64,000 bases of DNA from the NCBI GenBank assembly GCA_002269645.1, contig NIVC01002326.1, forward strand, positions 28,563 to 92,562, in the 5' to 3' direction. How positions within the stretch are numbered: the stretch's first letter is position 1; each line of letters starts with the position of its first letter. Under the pieces are notes generated by a model. That model ran no database searches and was not told the origin of the DNA. It worked only from the letters and a program-made list of their open reading frames with translations. The translations under genes were made by a program, and so were the position numbers. Shown in pieces: positions 61,284-64,000 of this stretch. This stretch comes from Macrostomum lignano. Taxonomy: Eukaryota.

Positions 61284-61988
61284 CTTAGATTAGCAATCCA
61301 CTGAGATTAGCAATCCACTGAGATTAGCAATCCTCTGAGATTAGCAATCCACTGAGATTAGCAATCCACTGAGATTAGCAATCCACTGAGATTAGCAATC
61401 CACTGAGATTAGCAATCCACTGAGATTAGCAATCTACGAAGATTAGCAATCCACTGAGATTAGCAATCCTCTGAGATTAGCAATCCACTGAGATTAGCAA
61501 TCCACTGAGATTAGCAATCCACTGAGATTAGCAATCCACTGAGATTAGCAATCCACTGAGATTAGCAATCTACGAAGATTAGCAATCCACTGAGATTAGC
61601 AATCCACTGAGATTAGCAATCCACTGAGATTAGCAATCCACTGAGATTAGCAATCCACTGAGATTAGCAATCCACTGAGATTAGCAATCCACTGAGATTA
61701 GCAATCCACTGAGATTAGCAATCCACTGAGATTAGCAATCCACTGAGATTAGCAATCCACTGAGATTAGAAATCCACTGAGATTAGCAATCCACTGAGAT
61801 TAGCAATCTACGAAGATTAGCAATCCACTGAGATTAGCAATCCACTGAGATTAGCAATCCACTGAGATTAGCAATCCACTGAGATTAGCAATCTACGAAG
61901 ATTAGCAATCCACTGAGATTAGCAATCCACTGAGATTAGCAATCCACTGAGATTAGCAATCCACTGAGATTAGCAATCCTCTGAGATT
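61284..61988. repeat. 17-bp minisatellite downstream of the DEG/ENaC gene
   Basis: Unit GATTAGCAATCCACTGA. Confidence 0.96.
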
Positions 61989-64000
61989 AGAAACCCTTAG
62001 CAAAAGGTAAGCCATGCACATTTTCCCCCTGACTTTCAGAAGCAGTCCCACCGAGTCCCAGGTTAAACAACAAGCAAAGTGGTCAAGCGAACAGGCCATT
62101 TTGGATGCAAAAATAACACTGACTGATTCGATTCAATGGCTGGACCACTGAAGCCCTAGCCGTTCCCTCAAGGTATTATTTTCAATGCGCATTACCTGTA
62201 GCTTGCTTCCCCCAGGTGCTAATAATTCTCCTCCGCCGAATTATTTTTTGTTTAAATTCGTGCAATTATTTCTCGTCAGAATAATATCATCGTGCCTTGA
62301 CCAATGATAGATAGCTAGTTTGTGTCATGCTAAATTTTTTATTCTAGAATTTTATTCTACGTACAATTGCATATGTCCCGAGCCTAAAAAACATTAAAAT
62401 GGCACGGCTCAGCTCATTGGTTTTATGAATCTATTTTTATCGTTTTTAGCTAACTGTGTAACAATATGTGTAACAGATATGATAAAATAAATTTATAAAA
62501 CCAAAAAGTCGAGCTGCGCCGTGAGTTTTTATGATTTTTAGGTATATGGAATGTACGTAGAATACATAGAATCCTAATTTTCTATAAGAGCTATAAGAAA
62601 GGCACAACATATCAAAAGATGAACATTGGGTTTGCCTCCTATCGAAAGCAATAACAATTTTTGTGCTGAAAAAAATGAAAACTTCCTATCTCCGTAAGTG
62701 TATTTTTCGGCGAAAAACAGCCTTATAAACATTTTCTAAGAAACGAGGTTTCCCGTCCTCCTGCTTGAGTAGGCCTTGGCTACAAATTGTGACGCTGTTT
62801 GGCATTTGGGCTGCTTATGTAAAACACACGCTGGCACATTATTGTTTTTAAAATTCCATAAAATGAGGCAATTTCTTTTCGGGTACACATTTTAGCCTTT
62901 CTTTTTCTAAGAAACGAATCTACCCGTCCATCTACTTCTAAGTGGTCCATAACCCAATGAAGCTGGAAAAGTTGAATTCTTCCTGAATCAAAGTTTCCTA
63001 AAACCAATTATACTGTTAGTAATTATTGCGTAATCATGGAAAGCACCGCTTGCCTTTTAGCTGTTGCATTTTATAATTTGTGTACACTGAGTAAGAACTG
63101 GCTTGAGTGATAAAAATTATAATAAAGAAATTTAAAGAAGAAATTTAAAGAACACTCGACATCAGCGCCGTGCTACTATAAGTAGTTTTATTAACGATTT
63201 CTCAATTATGTTTAAAGGACTTAAGTCTGGTTATCAGTGGTAGCTACGGCTCTATATAGGATTAAGGCCCCAACTGTGAAAATGGCTTCTAGTGTCCTGA
63301 AATGGGCCAAAAAACCTTTGATATCTTTGATACTGTGGATCCCCTACGAGCATAAAGACTATCTCTTCCTGAAAATTCCCCTCTATGGGGAGCTCCCCTC
63401 CCTGAAAATTGGAAAATTGGAAAATTGAATCAACCACTCAATGAGGATCCTCCCCTACCTGAAGACTTCCCCTCCAGAGAACTCCCTATCACTGAACATT
63501 CCCGAGATCCTCCTCTTGCGTACAAACCAGGCGGAATGACTGGGTTTACTCCCAGCATAAAACGAATCAAATAATTTTGCTAGCTAAAATGTTGATCCCC
63601 GCAGTTCGTAGTGCCCGCCCGAACAGGTGCGAGCCGCATCTCAATAAAACTGCCATGAGCAACAGCTGGCTGGAGTAAAATTGCCAAGTATAAATGATAG
63701 CGAACAATGACTTGGTGAGGTCAGTCAGTGCGGATTAGCATAGGCTTAGGATTTGTAGCGGAATAGTAATCGCTGCATAGGATTAGGCAAAATGACATAA
63801 GCCTGGTTTTGCTGCGACATAATTCTGGAATTTTCTGAGTTAAAAAAGTGTCAATCTATATATTACTACGAGTACGAGAATGAGGGGCTATACCGAAATT
63901 TAGTAAGCTTACTGGGCTTCTGCCATATTAGAATATTAAGAAGACAATAAGTGATTCGCAGGCCCAAAGCGATCATTACTTATGTTATTAGACATTAAAT

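Overview
Eukaryotic (animal) genomic DNA. GC-rich exons with minisatellite-filled introns resemble the flatworm Macrostomum lignano; this is an inference and was not tested. Bases 1-38 kb hold seven closely spaced genes, all on the minus strand. In transcription order they are a four-qRRM hnRNP F/H-family protein, AP5Z1, a TM6SF1/2 homolog, a ceramide synthase, a MYND-finger protein, POLR1B (9 exons, one GC-AG intron) and the 5' part of a possible DCAF8-like gene. Each of the six downstream genes has an orphan 3' splice acceptor just upstream of its ATG, which suggests an SL-trans-spliced operon. Nearly every intron and every intergenic spacer in this cluster carries its own distinct tandem repeat (4-42 bp units). 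Bases ~38-57 kb are largely AT-rich and gene-free, with non-autonomous DNA transposons (TIRs and TSDs readable), a dead Tc1/mariner transposase with a nested foldback element, and two dead LINE RT fragments. A three-exon DEG/ENaC channel gene lies on the plus strand at 57.9-61.2 kb. Exon boundaries were read by hand from splice signals and phase continuity. Family calls rest on motif recall, not database searches.
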